Positions 1-8,835 of a stretch of 64,000 bases of DNA are shown piece after piece. Source of the stretch: Candidatus Krumholzibacteriota bacterium (lineage in GTDB: Bacteria; Krumholzibacteriota; Krumholzibacteriia; Krumholzibacteriales; Krumholzibacteriaceae); NCBI GenBank assembly GCA_016931295.1, contig JAFGEZ010000012.1, forward strand, positions 6,100 through 70,099, read 5' to 3'. Made by a program: the position numbers and the translations under genes. Each line of letters starts with the position of its first letter. Within the stretch, counting starts at the first letter, position 1. The notes below the pieces were generated by a model. The model did no database searches. It saw only the letters and a list, made by a program, of their open reading frames with translations, and was not told where the DNA came from.

Positions 1-1226
1 GGGCTCAAGACGGAGATCTCGATCTCGATACCGTCGATCTCGTCAGCCGTCACGGGAGGGAAGCGGTAGTCGTCGAAGGCGGCGGCGACGGCCATCTCGC
101 TGATCGTGTCGGCGAGGGGTTTGACCGCCTCGATGTACCCGATGCAGCCGCGAAGCCGGCCGCCCTTCTTCAGCGTGACGAAGCCGCCTCGCTTCTCGCC
201 GAGGACGTTCGAGGCGGGCCGTTCGGGGAGGGGCGCGTCGTCGCCGAGCGCACGTGCGATCGTTCGCCGGGCGAGGCGAAGAAGGAACCGGCGGGTGCCG
301 TCGTCGAGACCCGCGTCGTCCCCGGGGGCGCCCCGCGAAGAAGAGCGCTTCGTTCCTTGCGGTTCCTCGTCGCCGGTTGATCCGGCTGCGATCATCGCTG
401 CGGAAACGTACCCGACGACGCTCGAGTGGTCTCCCGTCACGTCCCCCGACGTCGCGTAGGCGAGGACGTCGCACCGCGATGCGCCGAGTCGGCCGGCGGC
501 GATCATCGCCGCCGCAGTCGGTCCGCCGCCGCACGCTTCCGTGCCGCCGGAGGAGAGCGAGGAGAGGAGCTGTTCAACCGAGAAGCCGCGGAGGCCGTCG
601 AGGAAGACGCCGTCGAGCCTGCCGGCCTCCCGTCCGGCGTGGAAATGGGAGAGGTCCGTGCTCGCCACGATCAGCGCGTTCCGACCGGCGAGGGCCTCGC
701 CGAGGGCCTCGCCGAGGATGCGGACGTTCGATGCGCTCTGGTCGCCCATGACGATCGCCACGAGGTCGAACTGGCCGAGCGCCACCTGGAGGAAGGGGAG
801 CTGCACCTCGAGGGAGTGCTCGCCGCGGCCGCCGGCGACGACGCGATGCCCTTCCATCGCCGCGCGGACGCGACCGCCCGTTCCGGCGAGCAGCTCGACG
901 ATCTCCCTGTTCACCGGGATCGCGCCGAGCGGCGTCTCGTAGGCCGCGCCGGGGAAGACGGACGAGAAATCGAAGTATTCGACGTGGCAGGGGGAGATGA
1001 CGACGACCGTCTCGTAGGAGCGCCCGCGGATGAGTCGGTAGCCGTGCGCCGCGACAGCGCCCGAATACTGGTAGCCGGCGTGCGGGGAGACGAGGGCGAC
1101 GACGCGCCCGCCGACATCGGCGGCGCCAACGGCGTCGAGATACCCCTCGATGTCCCGCCTCAGTCGCACGGGGTCCCCGGGGTAGAATTGGCCCGCGACG
1201 ACCGGCGGGCGCACGGTGCGTTCCAT
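1..1226 (-). CDS. AmmeMemoRadiSam system protein B (MEMO1-like) fused in frame to an AMMECR1 (protein A) domain; 3' end runs off the window
   Basis: Hand translation of the minus strand. ATG at 1226 gives MERTVRPPVVAGQFYPGDP...VSPHAGYQYSG...IVASTDLSHFH...SGDVTGDHSSVVGYVSAAM, all MEMO hallmarks. This is followed in the same frame, with no stop, by a Gly/Asp/Glu-rich linker and then AMMECR1-like sequence (GCIGYIE, AAAFDDYRFPPV). The frame was checked to be continuous at positions 119, 419, 539 and 719. It is absent from the ORF track because there is no stop inside the window. Confidence 0.75.
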   Translation of the reverse strand, partial: MERTVRPPVVAGQFYPGDPVRLRRDIEGYLDAVGAADVGGRVVALVSPHAGYQYSGAVAAHGYRLIRGRSYETVVVISPCHVEYFDFSSVFPGAAYETPLGAIPVNREIVELLAGTGGRVRAAMEGHRVVAGGRGEHSLEVQLPFLQVALGQFDLVAIVMGDQSASNVRILGEALGEALAGRNALIVASTDLSHFHAGREAGRLDGVFLDGLRGFSVEQLLSSLSSGGTEACGGGPTAAAMIAAGRLGASRCDVLAYATSGDVTGDHSSVVGYVSAAMIAAGSTGDEEPQGTKRSSSRGAPGDDAGLDDGTRRFLLRLARRTIARALGDDAPLPERPASNVLGEKRGGFVTLKKGGRLRGCIGYIEAVKPLADTISEMAVAAAFDDYRFPPVTADEIDGIEIEISVLS

Positions 1227-1309
1227 CGTCCCCTCTTCTCCTTTCGCGGCGTTCGCGGAGACGGCGATTGCCGCCGCCGCGAAGACCGCCGCTCCGACGA
1301 TGCATCCTC

Positions 1310-2455
1310 TCATTCCCAGACTCCCGGCACCGCCGCGCCGCACGCGGCGCACCTGCCTTCCCGGATGGCCGTCGCGACCACGCGGTACCCGCTTCTCGAT
1401 ACTACCGTCTTCCCGCAGGCGGGGCAACAGGTGTTCTCCGCCTCGCCGTGGGGGACGTTGCCGATGTAGACGTAGCGCATTCCCGCCTCCATCGCGGCGT
1501 CCCGTGCGCGCTCGAGCGTCTCGACGGGGGTCGGTGGAAGGTCGCTGAGACGGTAGTGGGGGAAGAAGCGCGAGAAGTGCAGCGGAACGTCGGGGCCGGC
1601 GTGGCCGGCCAGCCACGCGGCCATCTCGCCGATCCGGGCCGGATCGTCGTTCAGCGTGGGCACGACGAGATAGACGATCTCGAGCCACGTTCCGGTCTCG
1701 CTGACCGTTTCGATGGCGGAGAGGACCGGCGAGAGCCGTCCGGAGCAGATGCGGCGGTAGTAGTCGTCGTCGAAGGCCTTCAGGTCGATCTTGACCGCGT
1801 CCACGAGCGAGCAGAGCTCGCGGAGCGGCTCCGTCTCGATGTACGCCCCGGTGACCACGACGGACCGGAGCCCGCGTTCCCTGGCGAGCGAGGCGATGTC
1901 GGCGGCGTATTCCCAGTAGACGACCGGTTCCCCGTAGGTGAATGCGATCGATGCCGCACCGACCCGGGAGGCCGCATCGACGATACGGTCGGGCGGCATG
2001 TCCTGCGTGTCGACCTCGCCGGGACGCGAGCGGGATATCTGCCAGTTCTGGCAGAAGTCGCAGGCGAGGTTGCAGCCGACCGTCGAGAGTGAGAAGGCGG
2101 AGGTCCCGGGAAGGAAATGGAAGAAGGGTTTCTTCTCGATCGGGTCGAGATGCATCGCGCAGGGCCGGCCCCAGACGAGCGTCACGAGCCGGCCGGCCTC
2201 GTTCCCGCGCGCACCGCACCAGCCGCTGTCTCCCGGCGGGATCACGCAGGCGCGGGGACAGAGCAAGCATCGCACGCGACCGTTCCCGGCCGGTTTCCAC
2301 CAGCGGGCCTCGACGGCGTCGGCCGCCGCCGGCGAGGGGATGCCTGCGGCCAGGAGAGCGGCGGTCGATCCGGCGAGAAAACACCGCCTCGTCATCGGAT
2401 CGCCGACGGTTCGTCTGCCGTGTCTGGTGTTCTTCATGATCGCTCGCGACCTCAT
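1310..2455 (-). CDS. AmmeMemoRadiSam system radical SAM enzyme (PflA-like activase fold) with a Tat-signal-like N-terminus
   Basis: CNLACDFCQNW radical SAM CxxxCxxC motif. N-terminal Cys ribbon CLLCPRACVIPPGDSGWCGAR. Sits directly upstream and co-directional with the MEMO-AMMECR1 gene. N-terminus MTRRCFLAGSTAALLAAGIPSPAAADA resembles a twin-arginine signal. The start could be Met1 (2455) or Met15 (2413). Confidence 0.85.
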   Translation of the reverse strand: MRSRAIMKNTRHGRRTVGDPMTRRCFLAGSTAALLAAGIPSPAAADAVEARWWKPAGNGRVRCLLCPRACVIPPGDSGWCGARGNEAGRLVTLVWGRPCAMHLDPIEKKPFFHFLPGTSAFSLSTVGCNLACDFCQNWQISRSRPGEVDTQDMPPDRIVDAASRVGAASIAFTYGEPVVYWEYAADIASLARERGLRSVVVTGAYIETEPLRELCSLVDAVKIDLKAFDDDYYRRICSGRLSPVLSAIETVSETGTWLEIVYLVVPTLNDDPARIGEMAAWLAGHAGPDVPLHFSRFFPHYRLSDLPPTPVETLERARDAAMEAGMRYVYIGNVPHGEAENTCCPACGKTVVSRSGYRVVATAIREGRCAACGAAVPGVWE

Positions 2456-2495
2456 GGATAATGATAACCGCGGGAGGCGGGGCGCGCAACCGCGC

Positions 2496-3833
2496 TCAGG
2501 GCATGAGACCGGCGCCGATCGATTCGAACCGGCGGCGCAGGCGGGCGGCGGTATGCACGGGGAGACGCCCGAGTGCGTCCGAGGAGAGCGATCCGCCGAT
2601 CTCGTGGTCGGCGAGGGGCGTGGCGATGCGGATGCGGTCGAGCAGGCGTCCGTCCGCGTCCTCTATGACGATCTCGACGGCGAGCGGATCGAGAAAGGAT
2701 GCGCCCGACTCGAAGGTGTCGTCGAGAAACCCGTCGAACCGCGTCCGCCGCAGGTCGTCGAGAAGCGAGAAAACGGCCTGGCCCCGGACCGCCGCGTCGC
2801 CCGCTTCGGGCGCGACCCACGCGCCGTCGCCGCCGCGCAGCGCGACGGTCGTGTCGGGGCTCGTCCACCGGACGAGATGCGCCGCGTTCGGATCGAAGAA
2901 GGCGAGCCGGCGGGAGCGCAACCCTTCCGGGTCGACCTCGAAGATCGGGAGGATGTCCGACGTCCTGATCGAGACGACCTTGTCGAGACCGTCGCGGAGC
3001 ACGTGCACCGTCTCCTCGTCGACCCGTCCGATCGAGATCGAGACGATCCCCGACGGGCCGTCGATGAACAGGCGGCGGCCGGGGGCGCGGAGGCCGAACC
3101 GATCGAGGGAATCCGTCGTCTCCGCGTCGAAGGAGCGGATGATCGTCTCGGAGAGCCTCTTCGCGTACGCGTCCATCCAGGAGGACTCCACGCGGTAGCG
3201 CGGGCCGGTGCGCCACCATCCCCCGGCCTCGCGGGCGAAGGAGAGACGGCGGTTGCCGTCGTTGACGGTGATCGCGGAGATGTCGCCGGGGATGACGTGG
3301 AACAGGTTCTTGTCGCGCAGGTGGAAGAGGTTCTTGCGCATCGCGTTGTGCATCAGGTCGCGCGTGATGAGGACGGCGTGCTCGTCGTTGACGCGGACGT
3401 AGGCGCGGGGGCCGGTCGGCGTCGTGTCGCCGACGCGCACCGTGTCGACGCGGCCGCGACGATCGTTGAAGAGGATCACCGTGGCAAAGGGATCGTCGAG
3501 ACCGTACGGGGCGAAATCATACACCCCGTCGAATTCCTCGAGTTTCCGTCCGGGGACGACCTGGTCGAGGACGAGGTCGATCATCGACCGCTGGCCGGGG
3601 GTGACGACCGGGCTCGTGATGATCCACTCCTCACCGGACCGTTCCATGACGATCAGCTCGCCCCCGGGCGGGCGGAGCGAGAAGCGGTCGACCTCCTCGG
3701 GGCCGTAGGGGAAGATGGTTCCGGAGCGGCCCGAACGCTCCGTCGCGCGCCGCCGCGGCTCCTCGACGGCGAAGAACCATGCGGCGACCAGGATGAGCAG
3801 TACGAGGAGGATCCATGTCGTTCGCGCGCGCAC
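2496..3833 (-). CDS. DUF4340-like protein, N-terminal membrane anchor, associated with the GldG-type ABC system
   Basis: ORF 2496..3947. Preferred start is GTG at 3833, preceded by a gaaagga RBS and 13 nt after the GldG stop. Has an N-terminal TM helix (TWILLVLLILVAAWFF). Its position downstream of GldG/GldF/GldA-like genes is typical of DUF4340. Confidence 0.65.
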   Translation of the reverse strand: MRARTTWILLVLLILVAAWFFAVEEPRRRATERSGRSGTIFPYGPEEVDRFSLRPPGGELIVMERSGEEWIITSPVVTPGQRSMIDLVLDQVVPGRKLEEFDGVYDFAPYGLDDPFATVILFNDRRGRVDTVRVGDTTPTGPRAYVRVNDEHAVLITRDLMHNAMRKNLFHLRDKNLFHVIPGDISAITVNDGNRRLSFAREAGGWWRTGPRYRVESSWMDAYAKRLSETIIRSFDAETTDSLDRFGLRAPGRRLFIDGPSGIVSISIGRVDEETVHVLRDGLDKVVSIRTSDILPIFEVDPEGLRSRRLAFFDPNAAHLVRWTSPDTTVALRGGDGAWVAPEAGDAAVRGQAVFSLLDDLRRTRFDGFLDDTFESGASFLDPLAVEIVIEDADGRLLDRIRIATPLADHEIGGSLSSDALGRLPVHTAARLRRRFESIGAGLMP

Positions 3834-3846
3834 AACCGGTCCTTTC

Positions 3847-5391
3847 TCACGCGGAGCGGCGCCGCCGGATCGAGACGAATGCAGCCATGCCGGCGACGGC
3901 GAGGGGAACGGCGACGACGGGTATCCAGAAGACCACCCGGCCTTCACGGTCGGAGAGGACGACCGGCTGGAGGAGCGGATCGCGGGGCCTGATCGAGATC
4001 AGATCCTCCTGCTCGGCGAGCCAGCCGATCGTGTTGAGGATCAGGTCGCGGTGCGCGGAGGTCTTCACGTTCGCGTTCATCGCGAAGTCGGCGTCACCGA
4101 AGACGACGAGGCGCATGCGGCGCCGGAGCGGGGCGCCCGCCGCGTCGCCGGGGGGGACGTCGCGGGAAGCGACGGCGGCGATGGCCACCGGGCCCGCCGC
4201 GTCGTGTTCGGGGTCGAAGCGCGTCTGTCCCGCCATGAGGGAATCGAGATCGGATTCCGAGTAGGCGCCCTGAGCGGTCTTGCAGAGGACGATCGCCTCG
4301 ACGCCCTCCGGCGCCGGATCGGCCGGCAGGACGGACCGGGCCTGGGGAAAGAAGGAAAGCTCCCGTATCGGGCGGGTGATCGCATGGTCGCCGTAGGTGT
4401 TGACCACCGGGGTCAGGTAGTTGCCGGCGAGCAGCTTCCCGAACCGGTCGATCACCATGTCGTCGCGGACCTCGATCCCGTGCCGGTACGCGATGAGGCA
4501 CAGCCGCGGGATCGAGGTCATCGGCTCGAGGAGCATGAGGACCTTTCCGCCGCCGTCGAGGTAGCCGTCGACGAGGGCCTCCTCGCGCGGGAAGAGATCG
4601 ACGGACGGGCCGGCGATGACGAGCATCTCGCAACTGTCCGGCACCCCATCCGCCGTGGCGAGAAGGAGCTCCCTCGCGTCGTACCCCTCGCCCGCGAGGG
4701 CCAGGCCGAGCTCGCTGTAGCCGTCCGGCGCCTCGTCGTCGATCGACTTCTCGCCGTGGCCCGTCGTGAAGCAGACGGTCTTCCTTCCCGGCCTGACGAC
4801 CTTGAGGATCGCGTTGGTGAGGGCTTCCTCGCTCGTCTCCGTGATGTGCGCGTCCCGCTCGCCCGATTCGACGACGATGGTCTCCACGTCGCCGACGCCG
4901 TAGCGGCGGGCGGCGACGGGATCGCGGTCGGGATCGACGAATCGCCAGGTCAGGCGGGTGGAAGCGGCGGCGTATTCGCGGACGAGATCCTCGAGCACGC
5001 GGCGCACGGGGGAGGTGTCCTTGAAGAAGAGGTTCACGGCCACGTCCTTCTCCAAACCGGCGAGGATCGCCCGCGTCTGCGGCGCGAGGGAGAAGCGCCG
5101 GTTCGCCGTGGTGTCGAAACGCCTGTCGTGGCGCGTCGCGATCGTCTGCAGGAAGACGAGCAGGCCGAGGAAGAGGGCGATCGACATCCACGCGTGCATC
5201 TCGAGGCGGCGCTGGCGTCTGCCGCCGGCCGTGCGATCGCGAAAGAAGAGGGCGGCGACCGAGAAGGCGAACCCGAGGAGGAGGGGGAGGACGGAGAGGA
5301 AACCGCTGCCGTGCAGTATCCCGTAGGTGACCGAGCCGACGAGTATGAGCGCCAGTCCAAGCGGTCCGAATATTCCTGTCATGCGTCGCAT
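3847..5391 (-). CDS. GldG-like ABC-type transport system auxiliary component (N- and C-terminal TM anchors)
   Basis: 514 aa with TM segments at both termini and a large central domain. Directly follows the ABC-2 permease and ATPase. Family resemblance to the Gliding-motility-associated ABC transporter substrate-binding GldG / ABC-type uncharacterised transport system. Confidence 0.8.
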   Translation of the reverse strand: MRRMTGIFGPLGLALILVGSVTYGILHGSGFLSVLPLLLGFAFSVAALFFRDRTAGGRRQRRLEMHAWMSIALFLGLLVFLQTIATRHDRRFDTTANRRFSLAPQTRAILAGLEKDVAVNLFFKDTSPVRRVLEDLVREYAAASTRLTWRFVDPDRDPVAARRYGVGDVETIVVESGERDAHITETSEEALTNAILKVVRPGRKTVCFTTGHGEKSIDDEAPDGYSELGLALAGEGYDARELLLATADGVPDSCEMLVIAGPSVDLFPREEALVDGYLDGGGKVLMLLEPMTSIPRLCLIAYRHGIEVRDDMVIDRFGKLLAGNYLTPVVNTYGDHAITRPIRELSFFPQARSVLPADPAPEGVEAIVLCKTAQGAYSESDLDSLMAGQTRFDPEHDAAGPVAIAAVASRDVPPGDAAGAPLRRRMRLVVFGDADFAMNANVKTSAHRDLILNTIGWLAEQEDLISIRPRDPLLQPVVLSDREGRVVFWIPVVAVPLAVAGMAAFVSIRRRRSA

Positions 5392-5395
5392 GCGC

Positions 5396-6166
5396 TCAGT
5401 TCCTCCATCTGGCCGATTCGAGCGATTTCAGCGTGAGGAAGAGGAAGAAGGCCGACATGAGGAGGTAATAGGTGACGTCCTGCAGGACGATGACGCCCTT
5501 GGTGAAGGACTCGAGATGATAGAGAAGGGAGAACTGCGAGATCACCTTCGCCGCGGTCGGGCCGGCGAAGGGGACCGTCCACCCGATGACGAGGAAGAAG
5601 AGGCCCGCCCCGAAGGCGGAGACCCCCGCGACGAGCTGGTTGTCGGTGAGGGAGGAGAAGAACGTGCCGATGGCGATGAAGGTCCCTCCCATGAGAAAGA
5701 GGCCGAGGTAGCCGGTGACGATCGGCCCGGGCTCCGGATCGGCGTAGACGGCGAGGAGCACGGGGCAGGCGACGGTCCCCGCGAGCATGATCCCCCAGGT
5801 CGCGAGCGCCGCGGCGTATTTGCCGGCGACTGCAGGCAGGTCGCCGATCGGATAGGTGAGCAGGAGCTCGAACGTCCCCTGCTTCCGTTCCTCGGCGAGC
5901 AGGCGCATCGTGAGGAGGGGAAGCAGGATGAGCAGGATGAGGCTGAGGTCCCCGAGAAGCGGGCGCATGACGTCGTCGGTGAGGTTCAGCGGCATGCCGA
6001 AATCCCCCGACCTGGCCATCTGGTAGGAGAGGTAGTTGTACCGCTTGAAGATGTTGTGGAAGAAGTAGCCGGCGAGGAAGAGGAATACCGACAGCGTCAC
6101 CCACGCGGTGAGCGACCGGAAGAGGTACTTCAGCTCGCGCCGGAAGATGATGGCGAAGGGGCGCAT
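5396..6166 (-). CDS. ABC-2 family transporter permease (GldF-like)
   Basis: 256 aa polytopic membrane protein (MRPFAIIFRRELKYLFRS...), typical ABC-2 permease. Overlaps or abuts the ATPase gene. Confidence 0.85.
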   Translation of the reverse strand: MRPFAIIFRRELKYLFRSLTAWVTLSVFLFLAGYFFHNIFKRYNYLSYQMARSGDFGMPLNLTDDVMRPLLGDLSLILLILLPLLTMRLLAEERKQGTFELLLTYPIGDLPAVAGKYAAALATWGIMLAGTVACPVLLAVYADPEPGPIVTGYLGLFLMGGTFIAIGTFFSSLTDNQLVAGVSAFGAGLFFLVIGWTVPFAGPTAAKVISQFSLLYHLESFTKGVIVLQDVTYYLLMSAFFLFLTLKSLESARWRN

Positions 6167-6167
6167 C

Positions 6168-7106
6168 TCAGGCCTCCTCCGTGACGAGCCGCAGGAAGAT
6201 CTCCTCGAGCGAGAGCTCCTCGCCGAAGATCTCGACGAGGGGCAGTCCTGCGTGGACGAGACGGGAGGCGATCGCTCCGCGCAGATCGATCTCGGGGGCC
6301 GTCTCGACGCGGATGCCGTTCGTGTCGTCCGGCGATGTCGCCACCGCGAGGATGCCCTCCATCCGTTTGATCTCCCCGGCGGCGGCGGCCGTCGAGGCCG
6401 GATCGGCGAGACGGACCCGGACGGTCGAGGAACGGCGGAGCCGGTTCCGCAGGTTGGCGGGGCTGTCGACGGCGACGAGCTCGCCGCGGTTGACGATGAT
6501 GACGCGGTCGCAGACCTGGTTGACCTCGGGGAGGATGTGGCTGGAGAGGATCACGGTGCGGTCCTGGCCGATGTGCTTCACCAGGCGCCGGATGTCGATG
6601 ATCTGCTTGGGATCGAGACCGATGGTCGGCTCGTCGAGGATGAGCAGCTCCGGGTCGCCGATGATCGCCTGCGCGATGCCGACCCGCTGCTGGTAGCCCT
6701 TGGAGAGGTGTCCGATCGTCCGGTGGGCGACCTCGGCGAGACCGCATTTCTCCACGGCGTCGCCGACCGCCGCCGTGACGCGGCGCGCGGGCACGCCCTT
6801 GAGGCCGGCGGCGAATCCGAGATACTCGGCCGTCCGCATGTCGTGGTAGAGGGGGGTCTTCTCGGGGAGGTAGCCGATCCGTCGCCTGACCTCCATCGAC
6901 TGCTCGAGTATGTCGAAGCCGCAGATCCTCGCCGTTCCGGACGTGGGGGGGAGAAAGCAGGTGAGCATCCGCATCGTCGTCGTCTTCCCCGCGCCGTTCG
7001 GGCCGAGGAAGCCGAGGACCTCGCCGCGCTTCACGGTGAAGGAGAGATCGCGTACGCCAACGTTGGCGCCGTAGTACCGGGTGAGGTTCTCGACCTCGAT
7101 CAAATC
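6168..7106 (-). CDS. ABC transporter ATP-binding protein (GldA-like)
   Basis: Walker A GPNGAGKTT, signature LSKGYQQRV, Walker B LLILDEP. The ORF track extends to 7187 with a TTG start. I place the start at TTG 7106 (LIEVENLTRYYG), the usual N-terminus of this family. Start uncertain. Confidence 0.8.
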   Translation of the reverse strand, partial: DLIEVENLTRYYGANVGVRDLSFTVKRGEVLGFLGPNGAGKTTTMRMLTCFLPPTSGTARICGFDILEQSMEVRRRIGYLPEKTPLYHDMRTAEYLGFAAGLKGVPARRVTAAVGDAVEKCGLAEVAHRTIGHLSKGYQQRVGIAQAIIGDPELLILDEPTIGLDPKQIIDIRRLVKHIGQDRTVILSSHILPEVNQVCDRVIIVNRGELVAVDSPANLRNRLRRSSTVRVRLADPASTAAAAGEIKRMEGILAVATSPDDTNGIRVETAPEIDLRGAIASRLVHAGLPLVEIFGEELSLEEIFLRLVTEEA

Positions 7107-7352
7107 GCATCGTCTCCGCGTGTCGATGTGTCGAATGCTATCTGCCACCCATGCAAGAAGATAAGATACGGCGAGGCGCGGTGTCAATCACCGACGGGAA
7201 AAATGTCTTGTTCGCCCGGGATCGCCTTCCCTATCATCGGCCCCGTCGCCGGAGCGCGGTGTAACAAAATCCGCGATCCGCCGTAACAGGAGAAGACATC
7301 GGCGATCCCCCGGGATCGGCGGCCCTGGGAACGGTTCAACCGGACGGAAAGG

Positions 7353-7829
7353 ATGAAGATGAAGAAGGCGATCCTGACGCTCGCGATCCTGCTGCTGCTC
7401 GCGCCACCCGCCCGAGCCGCGGACACGGACCTCTGGTACTCCGTCGTCTTCCCCGGCTGGGGACAGATGCGCGACGGCCGGTACGGGCGGGGCACGGCGC
7501 TCGTCAGCGCCGAGATCGTATCCCTTCTCGGACTCGTCATCAGCGACATCCAGTACAACCGCGAGGTCGACAAGTACGACAACTGGCGCGCGACCTACTA
7601 CGCCGCAGACTACATCGGCGACAAGCAGGCCGCCTTCGAGATGATGAACGAGAAGTGGAACGAGGCCGAGGATCTCCACCGGTACCGGAACTATTTCCTC
7701 GGCGCGGCGATCGGCGTCTGGGCGATCGGCGTCATCGACATGGCGATCGGCGGAGAGGCCTCGCCGCCGCCGCTGGCCCTGGAGGCGCGCCGGGACGGAT
7801 TCCTCGTCACCAGGACGATTCACTTCTAG
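7353..7829 (+). CDS. hypothetical exported protein (signal peptide)
   Basis: ATG with aggatg RBS. Signal peptide MKMKKAILTLAILLLLAPPARAAD. GC3-rich codon usage. No family recognised. Confidence 0.6.
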   Translation: MKMKKAILTLAILLLLAPPARAADTDLWYSVVFPGWGQMRDGRYGRGTALVSAEIVSLLGLVISDIQYNREVDKYDNWRATYYAADYIGDKQAAFEMMNEKWNEAEDLHRYRNYFLGAAIGVWAIGVIDMAIGGEASPPPLALEARRDGFLVTRTIHF

Positions 7830-7830
7830 C

Positions 7831-8226
7831 ATGGAGAATACGATGCGGAGAACCTGTGCGATGATCGCGGCGGCCGTCCTGACGGTCGCCTTCCTCTCGT
7901 GCGGCACCGATCACGAGGGATTGCCGACCTCGTTCGAGTTCACGCCGCCGCCCGTCCCCGTCGACGTCGCCGCCTCCGGGCTTCCCGGCGAGACGCTCGT
8001 CACGTGGGGATACGGCGATCCGGGGATCGTCGGGGAGTACCGGGTCTACTACTACTACGAGGACTACGGGATGATCGAGCTCGTCGGCACGACGACCGAG
8101 ACGCTCTACCATGACGAGGGACTCGTCCCGAACGTCGAGTACTGTTACGTCGTCTCGGCCGTCGACTCGAACGGGCTCGAGGGCTACCGCTCCGAAACCG
8201 CCTGCGCGACGCCGACGATCGATTGA
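7831..8226 (+). CDS. fibronectin type III-like domain lipoprotein
   Basis: Lipobox LSCG after a signal peptide. FN3-like beta-sandwich motifs (EYRVYYY, EYCYVVSAVDSNGLEG). Begins 2 nt after the previous gene. Confidence 0.6.
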   Translation: MENTMRRTCAMIAAAVLTVAFLSCGTDHEGLPTSFEFTPPPVPVDVAASGLPGETLVTWGYGDPGIVGEYRVYYYYEDYGMIELVGTTTETLYHDEGLVPNVEYCYVVSAVDSNGLEGYRSETACATPTID

Positions 8227-8284
8227 ACAAAGCATTTCCGCCCGGTGGCACGGAATCTGCATGCCGCCGGGCGGGAGTGTATTC

Positions 8285-8833
8285 ATGTTCAGGCAGACCG
8301 ACGAAACGAAACCGCGCACGATGAGCGACCTGGCGAGCGAGGTCCTCGGGACGGAGGACGGCCGCATCTACCGGGTGATCATCGACGGCGTCTCGAGCAG
8401 GATCGAGACGAACGAGGCCTTCGCCATCAAGTTCGCCCTGCTCTCCCACGTACCCGTCTCGCGCATGAAGCATCTCATGCGCCGCCTGCCGGCCACCCTG
8501 TGGAAGGGGAGCGGCCGATCGCGCGCGGCGGGGCTTCTCGGCATGATCGAGGAAGCGGGAGGGAAGGGCAGGATCGAGGCGATGGCGCGTGAGCCCGTGC
8601 CGGGCGCAGGGTCGTCGGGAAAGAAGGCCGACACCGTCTGCCGCGTCTGCGGCTTCCCCCTCCGAACCGGTGAGGCCTTCTGCGATTTCTGCATGACGCC
8701 CGTCGACCCGGCCGAGACGGGACGCGCCGCGCCGCGCCGCGCCGCGGTCCGACGGGGACGCTCTCCCTATCTCTTCCTCTTCCTGGTCCTCCTCGGCGCG
8801 GCCGTCGCGGCGATTCTCGCGCTCGCGCGCTGA
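8285..8833 (+). CDS. hypothetical zinc-ribbon protein with C-terminal transmembrane anchor
   Basis: CRVCGFP...CDFC zinc-ribbon pattern. C-terminal SPY + LFLFLVLLGAAVAAILALAR hydrophobic tail. Alternative in-frame ATG at 8261. Confidence 0.5.
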   Translation: MFRQTDETKPRTMSDLASEVLGTEDGRIYRVIIDGVSSRIETNEAFAIKFALLSHVPVSRMKHLMRRLPATLWKGSGRSRAAGLLGMIEEAGGKGRIEAMAREPVPGAGSSGKKADTVCRVCGFPLRTGEAFCDFCMTPVDPAETGRAAPRRAAVRRGRSPYLFLFLVLLGAAVAAILALAR

Positions 8834-8835
8834 TC

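Noticed and set aside
426-1469. 347-aa plus-strand ORF and neighbouring Arg-rich ORFs (43..534, 254..751, 574..1305) over the first 1.4 kb
   Set aside because: Antisense or off-frame to the MEMO-AMMECR1 coding frame. They show a low-complexity Arg/Gly/Pro-rich composition typical of spurious ORFs in high-GC DNA.
1938-3992. 684-aa plus-strand ORF, 573-aa ORF 3715..5436 and 820-aa minus ORF 51230..53692
   Set aside because: All lie antisense to motif-bearing genes (radical SAM/DUF4340, GldG, and the sugar transferase/dehydrogenase/acetyltransferase run) and lack any recognisable motif. They are high-GC frame artefacts.
8285-8833. C-terminal SPY-hydrophobic-R tail as a PEP-CTERM sorting signal
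   Set aside because: It lacks the PEP tripeptide and the Arg-rich cluster of genuine PEP-CTERM domains. It is more simply a tail anchor.
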